Below the pieces are notes generated by a model. The model saw only the letters and a program-made list of their open reading frames with translations. It was not told where the DNA came from and made no database searches. Of a stretch of DNA of 64,000 nt, positions 37,801 through 49,096 are shown piece by piece (the stretch's first letter is position 1; each line of letters begins with the position of its first letter). Made by a program: the position numbers and the translations under genes. This DNA comes from Lingula anatina (taxonomy: Eukaryota > Animalia > Brachiopoda): contig CM120645.1 in the NCBI GenBank assembly GCA_051362555.1, positions 1 to 64,000 on the forward strand, read 5' to 3'.

Positions 37801-40800
37801 ATATCTAAGATGCTATATAACTCCATTATCACTCCAGGTTACTGACATCTAAGATGCTATATAACTCCATTATCCCTCCAGGTTATTGACATCTAAGATG
37901 CTACATAACTCCATTATCCCTCCAGGTTATTGACATCTAAGATGCTATATAACTCCATTATCCCTCCAGGTTATTGACATCTAAGATGCTATATAACTCC
38001 ATTATCCCTCCAGGTTACTGACATCTAAGATGCTATATAACTCCATTATCCCTCCAGGTTATTGACATCTAAGATGCTATATAACTCCATTATCCCTCCA
38101 GGTTACTGACATCTAAGATGCTATATAACTCCATTATCCCTTTAGGTTATTGATATCTAAGATGCTATATAACTCCATTATCCCTCCAGGTTACTGACAT
38201 CTAAGATGCTATATAACTCCATTATCCCTCCAGGTTATTGATATCTAAGATGCTATATAACTCCATTATCCCTCCAGGTTATTGATATCTAAGATGCTAT
38301 ATAACTCCATTATCCCTTTAGGTTATTGATATCTAAGATGCTATATAACTCCATTATCCCTCCAGGTTACTGACATCTAAGATGCTATATAACTCCATTA
38401 TCCCTTTAGGTTATTGATATCTAAGATGCTATATAACTCCATTATCACTCCAGGTTACTGACATCTAAGATGCTATATAACTCCATTATCCCTCCAGGTT
38501 ATTGACATCTAAGATGCTATATAACTCCATTATCACTCCAGGTTATTGATATCTAAGATGCTATATAACTCCATTATCCCTCCAGGTTACTGACATCTAA
38601 GATGCTATATAACTCTATTATCCCTCCAGGTTACTGACATCTAAGATGCTATATAACTCCATTATCCCTCCAGGTTATTGACATCTAAGATGCTATATAA
38701 CTCCATTATCCCTCCAGGTTATTGACATCTAAGATGCTATATAACTCCATTATCCCTCCAGGTTATTGACATCTAAGATGCTATATAACTCCATTATCCC
38801 TCCAGGTTATTGATATCTAAGATGCTATATAACTCCATTATCCCTCCAGGTTATTGATATCTAAGATGCTATATAACTCCATTATCCCTCCAGGTTATTG
38901 ATATCTAAGATGCTATATAACTCCATTATCCCTTTAGGTTATTGATATCTAAGATGCTATATAACTCCATTATCCCTTTAGGTTATTGATATCTAAGATG
39001 CTATATAACTCCATTATCCCTTTAGGTTATTGATATCTAAGATGCTATATAACTCCATTATCCCTCCAGGTTATTGATATCTAAGATGCTATATAACTCC
39101 ATTATCCCTCCAGGTTATTGACATCTAAGATGCTATATAACTCCATTATCCCTCCAGGTTACTGACATCTAAGATGCTATATAACTCCATTATCCCTTCA
39201 GGTTATTGATATCTAAGATGCTATATAACTCCATTATCCCTCCAGGTTACTGACATCTAAGATGCTATATAACTCCATTATCCCTTCAGGTTATTGACAT
39301 CTAAGATGCTATATAACTCTATTATCCCTTTAGGTTATTGACATCTAAGATGCTATATAACTCCATTATCCCTCCAGGTTATTGACATCTAAGATGCTAT
39401 ATAACTCTATTATCACTCCAGGTTATTGATATCTAAGATGCTATATAACTCCATTATCACTCCAGGTTACTGACATCTAAGATGCTATATAACTCCATTA
39501 TCCCTCCAGGTTATTGATATCTAAGATGCTATATAACTCCATTATCCCTCCAGGTTACTGACATCTAAGATGCTATATAACTCCATTATCCCTCCAGGTT
39601 ACTGACATCTAAGATGCTATATAACTCCATTATCCCTTTAGGTTATTGACATCTAAGATGCTATATAACTCTATTATCCCTTTAGGTTATTGACATCTAA
39701 GATGCTATATAACTCCATTATCCCTCCAGGTTATTGACATCTAAGATGCTATATAACTCTATTATCACTCCAGGTTATTGATATCTAAGATGCTATATAA
39801 CTCCATTATCACTCCAGGTTACTGACATCTAAGATGCTATATAACTCCATTATCCCTCCAGGTTATTGACATCTAAGATGCTATATAACTCCATTATCCC
39901 TCCAGGTTATTGACATCTAAGATGCTATATAACTCCATTATCCCTCCAGGTTATTGACATCTAAGATGCTATATAACTCCATTATCCCTCCAGGTTACTG
40001 ACATCTAAGATGCTATATAACTCCATTATCCCTCCAGGTTATTGACATCTAAGATGCTATATAACTCCATTATCCCTCCAGGTTACTGACATCTAAGATG
40101 CTATATAACTCCATTATCCCTTTAGGTTATTGATATCTAAGATGCTATATAACTCCATTATCCCTCCAGGTTACTGACATCTAAGATGCTATATAACTCC
40201 ATTATCCCTCCAGGTTATTGATATCTAAGATGCTATATAACTCCATTATCCCTCCAGGTTATTGATATCTAAGATGCTATATAACTCCATTATCCCTTTA
40301 GGTTATTGATATCTAAGATGCTATATAACTCCATTATCCCTCCAGGTTACTGACATCTAAGATGCTATATAACTCCATTATCCCTTTAGGTTATTGATAT
40401 CTAAGATGCTATATAACTCCATTATCACTCCAGGTTACTGACATCTAAGATGCTATATAACTCCATTATCCCTCCAGGTTATTGACATCTAAGATGCTAT
40501 ATAACTCCATTATCCCTCCAGGTTATTGACATCTAAGATGCTATATAACTCCATTATCCCTCCAGGTTATTGACATCTAAGATGCTATATAACTCCATTA
40601 TCCCTCCAGGTTATTGATATCTAAGATGCTATATAACTCCATTATCCCTCCAGGTTATTGATATCTAAGATGCTATATAACTCCATTATCCCTCCAGGTT
40701 ATTGATATCTAAGATGCTATATAACTCCATTATCCCTTTAGGTTATTGATATCTAAGATGCTATATAACTCCATTATCCCTTTAGGTTATTGATATCTAA

Positions 40801-43800
40801 GATGCTATATAACTCCATTATCCCTTTAGGTTATTGATATCTAAGATGCTATATAACTCCATTATCCCTCCAGGTTATTGATATCTAAGATGCTATATAA
40901 CTCCATTATCCCTCCAGGTTATTGACATCTAAGATGCTATATAACTCCATTATCCCTCCAGGTTACTGACATCTAAGATGCTATATAACTCCATTATCCC
41001 TTCAGGTTATTGATATCTAAGATGCTATATAACTCCATTATCCCTCCAGGTTACTGACATCTAAGATGCTATATAACTCCATTATCCCTTCAGGTTATTG
41101 ACATCTAAGATGCTATATAACTCTATTATCCCTCCAGGTTACTGACATCTAAGATGCTATATAACTCCATTATCCCTCCAGGTTATTGATATCTAAGATG
41201 CTATATAACTCTATTATCCCTCCAGGTTACTGACATCTAAGATGCTATATAACTCTATTATCCCTCCAGGTTACTGACATCTAAGATGCTATATAACTCC
41301 ATTATCCCTTTAGGTTATTGACATCTAAGATGCTATATAACTCCATTATCCCTCCAGGTTACTGACATCTAAGATGCTATATAACTCCATTATCCCTCCA
41401 GGTTATTGATATCTAAGATGCTATAAAACTCCATTATCCCTCCAGGTTACTGACATCTAAGATGCTATATAACTCCATTATCCCTCCAGGTTACTGACAT
41501 CTAAGATGCTATATAACTCCATTATCACTCCAGGTTACTGACATCTAAGATGCTATATAAGCGTGACCCTGAATTCATCAATAGAATCAACTCTGTGCAA
41601 ACATCTTGGAAGGCAGGACTCTATAAGGAGTATGAAGGTGTCACCATAGAGGACATGATCCGGAGAGCAGGGGGAAGGAAATCTAAAATCCATGGGTAAT
41701 TGTCTCAGCATGGGGGCAACAGTTGACCCAAAATTGTTTTGTACTTTTTAATTATTTATGTTAACTTAGTAATGATCATAATAATACTTAACAGTAACTA
41801 CTCACATACATACATATACTTACATAGAACTCACCACAGAGGACGTTAGTGACACCTAGTGAATTAGTGACACCTAGTGAATTCTAGTACAGATAAAGAA
41901 ATGTGCACAGTGTTAGAGGACATTAGTGACACCTAGTGAATTAGTGACACCTAGTGAATTCTAGTACAGATAAAGAAATGTGCACAGTGTTAGAGGACAT
42001 TAGTGACACCTAGTGAATTAGTGACACCTAGTGAATTCTAGGACAGATAAAGAAATGTGCACAGTGTTAGAGGACATTAAGTGACACCTAGTGAATTAGT
42101 GACACCTAGTGAATTCTAGTACAGATAAAGAAATGTGCACAGTGTTAGAGGACATTATAGTGACACCTAGTGAATTAGTGACACCTAGTGAATTCTAGTA
42201 CAGATAAAGAAATGTGTACAGTGTTAGAGGACATTATAGTGACACCTAGTGAATTAGTCTAGTACAGAAAGTAGTCAATGTTCCCAAAGGACAGATGGCT
42301 CCCATTTTTTTCATTTCTGTAATATTACTTGAAATATTAAAATAGATTTATCCTTTTCTCATCTGATAACAATATTTGATGCACAGATATCTCTTTTCCT
42401 TCCTCATCCAGTTTTTGATTTGTTTCCACAAGTTTCCAGGACATCACAATTGAGTAAATGCTAAATTGCTTTCATTTTTGTTTCACATAAGTCATATTCT
42501 GGATTGTCAGAAATTTTATATTTGAACAATAATTGCTTTGTGTTGTAGAATGCTATGAATACATCTTATGTTGGACCACTTAAGATTTGACTCTTTTTAT
42601 TGGTCAGGAGCTAAGTGCTTATAGCTGCAATGTCATGTTATTGCTTGATTTAAGGACTCTTCTATTTCATTTCATTTCTTTAAGTTTTATATATAATTTT
42701 AGATAATAATTTAATAAATTTCCCTATGGCCTCTTTTGTTTTTCCGTATAACCATAAATGATTTTTTTATATAACTGAGTTTCTGGCCCCATATTTTAAT
42801 CAGTCACCTTAGCTATTATATCTGCATGATATGCATATAATTTGATATAAACATACCTAGGGATGATACATGCATGTGACTGTAGCAATATGTTTTTTTT
42901 TCTCGTGTGTGTGTTTGTGTGTGTGAAATGGGAGTAATTTCTCTTGGTATGTATGTCAAATAATACACTGCCACCCTCTTGCAGTACATGCCTAGAACAC
43001 CACTTGAAGTGTTTAGAAAAGAAAAAAATATGTCATTCTGGTAATGGTGCATGATCTCACACTTAACATGTGCCCTGCCTGAACAAACAGTATCTCATGA
43101 CTTGCTTCACCTTGATTCTGGTTGAAAGTAATCATGGTATGAAGGTTATTTAATTCTCTGAAATTAATTCTAAGAAAAATCTTTGTTAAAATTAAGCAGT
43201 GCAATACATTCATTATTTCTTCAGGAGACCCAAGCCAGCCCCTGTTACCATGGAGATGGAAAAGTTGGCCAATGAGCTGCCTTTGGAATTTGACTGGCGA
43301 AACCTTCAAGGAGTGAATTATGTTTCCCCAGTTAGGAATCAGGGTATGTCTTTATGGAATAACAAAATTGTTGGACCCATTCCACACTGTTGAATAACAA
43401 AATTGTAGAGCCCATTCCACACTACTGTATAACAATATTGCAGTGTCCATTTCACAACAATGAAGTACAAAAATATAGTAGTAGAGCCCATTCCATAGAA
43501 TGGAATGACAACATGTGTAGGGTCCATTACACTGTACTGTAAGACTAGATACAATAAACTGGATGAAAAATGCAGTCTCCATGAAAGCCTTGTGTATGTT
43601 TTGCTGAAGAAAATAGCTGATTCATTTTTTAAACTTTATTTTAGGGTCTTGTGGAAGCTGCTATGCATTTTCTTCCATGGCAATGCATGAAGCCAGAATT
43701 CGTATAATGACCAACAACTCGGACCAGGTCATCCTTTCCCCTCAAGATGTGGTAGAGTGCAGTTCTTACGCACAAGGTACATTTCTGTTTTTCAATACTT

Positions 43801-46113
43801 TAAGACAGACCACCTCCATTAGACCTTATTACTTACCCCCATTAAAAAAAAAAACCTGGAAACAATTTTCCTATGATCACCAAGGGATACCCTATCTGAA
43901 ACTGGTGAACTTTGCTTTTTTAGACCTAAAACAAACTGCATTCCTTTTAAAAACATTTATGTTATATGCATGCAAACACATAATGGTGAAAGTTTTTAAA
44001 ACATATTCATTAGAGACTAATATTTTGATCTTAATGAGCTCTATACTTTATTCTGATATCAGGTAAGTTTTGACATGCCATTATGTACTGTTTGTTTTAA
44101 AATGTCTTATAGGCTTTATTTGTTGCCTAGTTTGAATGGATATTTGTGTAAAGAATCAAAAAATACCCTGAAACACAAATATTATCAAACTTTTGCTTAA
44201 AACCTACCCAAAACAAAAGATTAATCATGTTGAAGTATTCATTCATAATACAGTTTATATTCACCCAAAAACAAAATGTTATACCTTGATATGAGCACGG
44301 GATCATCCAGAGGATTTTGGTGTGTTTTAGCCTTTAATTTCTACAGTATATCAGTTAAGCTAATGAATAGGCCAGACAGAATGATATCCTTATTACATGT
44401 TATTATATATTGTATTTAAATCATAAGATTCCAAAAATATAAAAGAAGTATTTTGATTGAGTGCTTGTTACAGATTTCATAACAAAATTCAATTTTTGTA
44501 AGGAATTCAAATTGTCTCCCATGTGTTTTGTTGCCTCTCTTTTGAGGAAATAGAACTGTCAGTCAAAACATGGAAGTTAAAGTTTAAAATGTAATGTAGG
44601 CCAATTTTGCCCAGTCAGAAGGGTTTTTCTCATGCATTAACTTCCTACCATTTGAAATGCATTTTGCAATAACATTTTTTGGGGGAGATTCCCTTGGAGC
44701 AACATTTATCACAAAAAATACAAAAAATACAACAAAAAATACACAAAATAAATGTTGTTTTAAGCGAAGTCCGATGGATTTTCCTTATAATGCATACAGT
44801 CAATGAAACATATCCAGTGAATTTTCTCAAACACCACCAGAAAGCAAATCAAATCAAATCAACCAAATGGTAAACACTGAAAGGCATTGTCAATTTCACC
44901 ATTAATTTTTAATGCACTTTTCATGCACGTGCAGACATTTGACACTTGATTTTCTTTAATTCAAATAAGAGCTAATATCATGATTTAAAGACTGTAGTTT
45001 ATATCACTTTTGACATTTTTTTTCCATTATGCCCAATTCAACTTTTAATTAAATTCATAGTACTGTATTTTTTCCTTTTATTTAAGGATGCATATGAAGT
45101 TAACGTGGCATATTAAAACCACAGGTAATGATTATATATTAAACAACACACTATAATTTGAAACAAGCCTTCCCTTATGCCTTCCTGTATTCATGACAAA
45201 TAAAATAAAATGTCCAAATGAAACTAATGTGTTTCCCACCCCCAGGCTGTGAGGGTGGCTTCCCCTACCTGATAGCAGGCAAGTATGCAGAGGACTTTGG
45301 ACTGACTCCAGAAACTTGCAATCCTTACAAAGGGTTTGACCATGATTGCTCCACCAACAGAAGCCAATCTTGTGTCAGGAGATATGGCACACATTATCAG
45401 TATGTGGGAGGGTTTTATGGAGGGTAAGTTACTTTTTATTAATCCATAATTAAACCAAATGGAGCTATTCAAATTACTGTCTGTTTTGTTTGCGGAGATA
45501 CAGCACACATTATAAATATGTAAAAAGTCTTTATTTTGTTAATCCATGATTAAACAAGCAGCTGCATCACTTGTATGTAGAGATGGTGAAGCAATTACAG
45601 ATTTAGTGCTGTACCTACAAGTGCTTCCTGCAAGGGTATAGATACAGGCCCCATTCTTCTTCACTAATTTTGGTGTTCTTTTATTGATCACATATGTAAC
45701 AGACTAAAAGAAACTGTAAGCATGTGCACAATGTAAACTTATGGGGTACCTGTCTAAAATTGCATACCTGCTATTCCTTATTTCACAGGTGTAATGAAGC
45801 ATTGATGAAGATAGAGCTTGTCAAAAATGGCCCTATGTCTGTATCCTTTGAAGTCTACTCCGACTTCCAGCACTATCAAAGTGGTGTGTACCACCACACA
45901 GGACTCCAGAGCAGTTTTAACCCCTTTGAACTGACCAACCACGCTGTGCTGCTGGTGGGCTACGGCTATGACAAAGACTCTGGAGAAAAGTTCTGGTCCG
46001 TCAAGAACAGCTGGGGAACCAAGTGGGGGGAGGAGGGCTTCTTCCGCATACGCAGAGGCACGGATGAGTGCGCCATTGAGAGCATAGCAGTTGCAACATC
46101 ACCCATCTTTTGA
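31074..46113 (+). CDS. CTSC: Cathepsin C (dipeptidyl peptidase I), 470 aa, 8 exons
   Basis: Exons 31074-31269, 31830-31927, 36764-36966, 41534-41695, 43225-43343, 43645-43776, 45246-45423 and 45789-46113 sum to 1413 nt in consistent phase. Signal peptide, DTPANCTY exclusion-domain start, QGSCGSCY catalytic Cys, NHAV His and KNSWG Asn. Confidence 0.97.
31830..31927 (+). CDS. CTSC: CTSC exon 2
   Basis: [32 protein letters not shown]; ttccag acceptor, gtatga donor. Confidence 0.9.
34764..34835. repeat. (TA)n microsatellite
   Basis: Read directly from the sequence. Confidence 0.95.
34881..35102 (+). mobile_element. Short Helentron/HINE-like element nested in the larger one
   Basis: Starts tacctctgccaaggagg; near its end carries the inverted cttggcagagg followed by a short hairpin and tctagtt. 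Confidence 0.6.
35845..36082. mobile_element. Foldback (hairpin) MITE, distantly similar to family A
   Basis: Long inverted arms: catctccaaggggtttct / agaaaccccttggagatg and atgtctggcat.cctact / agtaggcatgccagacat. Confidence 0.7.
36183..36742. repeat. ~70-bp tandem repeat x3 just upstream of the CTSC exon-3 acceptor, split by a MITE
   Basis: Unit aaactacagtcagtgtggttaataaaaataactgagtacacagctcaatgtctggtgatgtttta near 36183, 36253 and 36676. Confidence 0.85.
36336..36673. mobile_element. TTAA-specific MITE (Kolobok-like)
   Basis: TTAA|AGGGATAATAACTCT...AGAGTTATTATCACT|TTAA. Excision restores taatattaaactacag of the host repeat. Confidence 0.8.
36764..36966 (+). CDS. CTSC: CTSC exon 3
   Basis: [17 protein letters not shown]...WACFYG; ttccag acceptor, gtaaaa donor. 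Confidence 0.9.
37331..41560 (+). repeat. 44-bp tandem repeat x~96: CTSC exon-4 acceptor (17 nt) plus the first 27 nt of the exon
   Basis: Unit ctccattatccctccag|GTTA(C/T)TGA(C/T)ATCTAAGATGCTATATAA; the last unit runs into the rest of exon 4. Confidence 0.98.
41534..41695 (+). CDS. CTSC: CTSC exon 4 (starts in the last unit of the 44-bp array)
   Basis: [47 protein letters not shown] (propeptide); phase 2 at both ends fits the neighbouring exons. Confidence 0.9.
41839..42268. repeat. ~77-bp minisatellite, ~5.5 copies
   Basis: Unit gaggacattagtgacacctagtgaattagtgacacctagtgaattctagtacagataaagaaatgtgcacagtgtta. Confidence 0.93.
43225..43343 (+). CDS. CTSC: CTSC exon 5
   Basis: RPKPAP...[22 protein letters not shown]. 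Confidence 0.95.
43645..43776 (+). CDS. CTSC: CTSC exon 6
   Basis: [43 protein letters not shown]. Confidence 0.95.
45246..45423 (+). CDS. CTSC: CTSC exon 7
   Basis: [18 protein letters not shown]...YVGGFYG. Confidence 0.95.
45789..46113 (+). CDS. CTSC: CTSC exon 8
   Basis: [23 protein letters not shown]...[10 protein letters not shown]...KNSWG...[15 protein letters not shown]. Confidence 0.96.
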
Positions 46114-46291
46114 GAGAGGAAATGTCAACTTAGTCTACAACAGCACATTGGAATGAATCCACTTATATTTGATTACAAATATTTTTTTATGGAGCCCAAC
46201 TGCCTCAACTTAATTGAATTAGATCAAAACTGATTTTCATTGTTTCATTAAAACCACACAATTTCAGAATTTTCATTTTGATGTCATGAAC

Positions 46292-47008
46292 GTGTTAGGT
46301 GAGATCTATTAGCATCCATCCTTGTGAGGTTACAGTTATGATTGTGTTAGGTGAGATCTATTTGCATCCATCCTTGTGAGGTAACTGTTATGATTGTGTT
46401 AGGTGAGATCTAGTAGCATCCATCCTTGTGAGGTTACTGTTATGGTTGTGTTAGGTGAGATCGATTAGCATCCATCCTTGTGAGGTTACTGTTATGATTG
46501 TGTGAGGTGAGATCGATTAGTAGCCATCCTTGTGAGGTTACTGTTATGATTGTGTGAGGTGAGATCGATTAGTAGCCATCCTTGTGAGGTTACTGTTATG
46601 ATTGTGTGAGGTGAGATCGATTAGTAGCCATCCTTGTGAGGTTACTGTTATGATTGTGTGAGATGAGATCAATTAGTAGCCATCCTTGTGAGGTTACTGT
46701 TATGATTGTGTTAGGTGAGATCGATTAGCATCCATCCTTGTGAGGTTTCTGTTATGATTGTGTTAGGTGAGATCGATTAGCAGCCATCCTTGTGAGGTTT
46801 CTGTTATGATTGTGTGAGGTGAGATCGATTAGTAGCCATCCTTGTGAGGTTTCTGTTATGATTGTGTGAGGTGAGATCGATTAGTAGCCATCCTTGTGAG
46901 GTTACTGTTATGATTGTGTGAGGTGAGATTGATTAGTAGCCAGCCTTGTGAGGTTACTGTTATGATGGTGTGAGGTGAGATTGATTAGTATTCATCTTTG
47001 TGAGGTTA
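46292..47008. repeat. 52-bp minisatellite, ~14 copies (probably in the CTSC 3' UTR)
   Basis: Unit gtg(t/g)aggtgagatcgattagtagccatccttgtgaggttactgttatgatt with variants. Confidence 0.95.
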
Positions 47009-47896
47009 TTATTTATTAAGCTACCTCAAGTCAGTCTAAGTGAACAAGTCCTTCCAATTTATACATATTTTACTAAAGACATTCTACTAGTGTTTTTGTT
47101 ATTATAAATAATTGACCAAGATATGCACATTCTGAAATTCACCAAATATGTGTTCTTCTGAATTTTTGTTATATGTTTAAAATATTTGTCAGGACAAATT
47201 CACCACCTTCAAGACATTGAATGGAATAGTTCTTGGGGTTTTGTTACATAAGGTTTGGTATTTGTGTGTCAGATTATAAATATTTTTGGACAAACATGAT
47301 ATAACAGGACTAAAAAAGGCATTTGTTTTCACATTTAGGATACTTGGATTATTTAATCAGCAAGCTCCATCCACAGTTTTGTATCCAGTATATTTTTTCT
47401 TTTGGCAAAATCAGACCTTCTTCCCGTTTTCAGTGCAATGTCATCTAGTCGGTGCACACAATACAAAGTATGTAATCTGATATTATTTAAAATACTTGGT
47501 AGCTGCTAAAAGATCTAATGAAAATTTTTGATGTATTTCAATTTTAATAATTTTAATACATTTTTCAGGTAGTATCAAGATTTGACAATTTGAATGCACT
47601 AGCTTTTTGTTGTAATTTAATTGATTTGATGCTAACACGCTTCTTTAATTCATGCAAAGTTGACAAATGGTCCATTTTTTGTCATAAAAACTATAAACAA
47701 CTTGTATGTAATCAAAAGAATAAATAAGAATAATTGATAAAAAACGATTGAACTTATTTATATCATTTATTCTTATATATTTTTATATTCTGTATTCAAC
47801 AAAAAGTACTATGTAAATATCCCCATGATCATAGCCAAGCACCATCCCAATGTGAGAGTGGACTTGATGCAGCATTCTTTTACAACTTCATCCTGG

Positions 47897-48361
47897 GATG
47901 TGTGGCTCTCACTGCCAACTTTGCCTAGAATTAAGACCATGGTCATGTCACTACTGGTGTTGCTCTCACTGCCAACTTTGCCTAGAACTAAGACCATGGT
48001 CATGTCGTCACTGGTGTTGCTCTCACTGCCAACTTTGCCTAGAACTAAGACCATGGTCATGTCGTCACTGGTGTTGCTCTCACTGCCAACTTTGCCTAGA
48101 ACTAAGACCATGGCCATGTCACCACTGGTGTTGCTCTCACTGCCAACTTTGCCTAGAACTAAGACCATGGCCATGTCACCACTGGTGTTGCTCTCACTGC
48201 CAACTTTGCCTAGAACTAAGACCATGGTCATGTCACCACTGGTGTTGCTCTCACTGCCAACTTTGCCTAGAACTAAGACCATGGTCATGTCACCACTGGT
48301 GTTGCTCTCACTGCCAACTTTGCCTAGAACCAAGACCATGGCCATGTCACCACTGGTGTTG
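47897..48361. repeat. 60-bp minisatellite, ~8 copies (probably in the RBM17 3' UTR)
   Basis: Unit gctctcactgccaactttgcctagaactaagaccatggtcatgtcaccactggtgtt with variants. Confidence 0.95.
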
Positions 48362-48980
48362 AGAAGTGGCGCAGGAATGAGGTTGCACACTTATTGATAC
48401 TACTTATAGACAGGCACACACATGCAGGACGAGAGAGAGGAATAGAAAATATAACATTATTTTCTTGTTAAAAGAAGTAGATTAGTATCCACCAGAAAGA
48501 CATCAGTTCTGAGTAAAAGTGTTCCTTCACGTGACTATTTCTTGTTAAATTGGCAGCCGTGTGTCCATGTAAGCAGCTGGCAATTCCAGACCTCTGTGGT
48601 ATGGAGTCCATGTTGGCACCAGTGAACCCTGGCACTGTGGCAGTAGTCATGTGCTGAGGAGCCATCTGATACTTAAGGCTGTCCAGTAGTTCTAAAAGTG
48701 AATTCTGGTCATTTTCATGACATTTTAGTTTCATTTTTGTCTCTGACCAGGGATGTTCTCATGTTCCCTGATCTTAGCATCATGGGTGGTCTCTTAGGGA
48801 CTTAAGTACTCACTACGCCAAGGTGCCCCCACATAAGCCATGCCATACAAACTCAATGTACTGGATCACAGGATAGTATTCTGTTGGGAGTCATGTAATA
48901 CAATCTAATGGGTCTCCACGCCACATACTGAGATGAACACAGACAATCGTTTAACCTCTAATACTGGGTCCACTTTCTAT

Positions 48981-49096
48981 TCAGTTTGGTAGATTGAGGT
49001 CATCAGCCAAGTCTAACCTGCGGAATTTGTCCACATTGTAAAATCCACCTTTAACGATCCTTCCTCCAAAGTAGCGCCCATTCAGGTCAACCACAG
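48981..49096 (-). CDS. RBM17: RBM17 coding exon 12
   Basis: VVDLNGRYFGGRIVKGGFYNVDKFRRLDLADDLNLPN*. Confidence 0.93.

Noticed and set aside
25555-41560. CRISPR-like appearance of the 36-44-bp repeats
   Set aside because: Units are head-to-tail without unique spacers, there are no cas genes, and the context is eukaryotic.
11555-48397. Repetitive ORFs (11555-12091, 12928-13806, 14746-16734, 30013-30667, 47809-48397)
   Set aside because: They arise from minisatellites lacking stops in some frames; they are intronic or UTR and not in the host reading frame.
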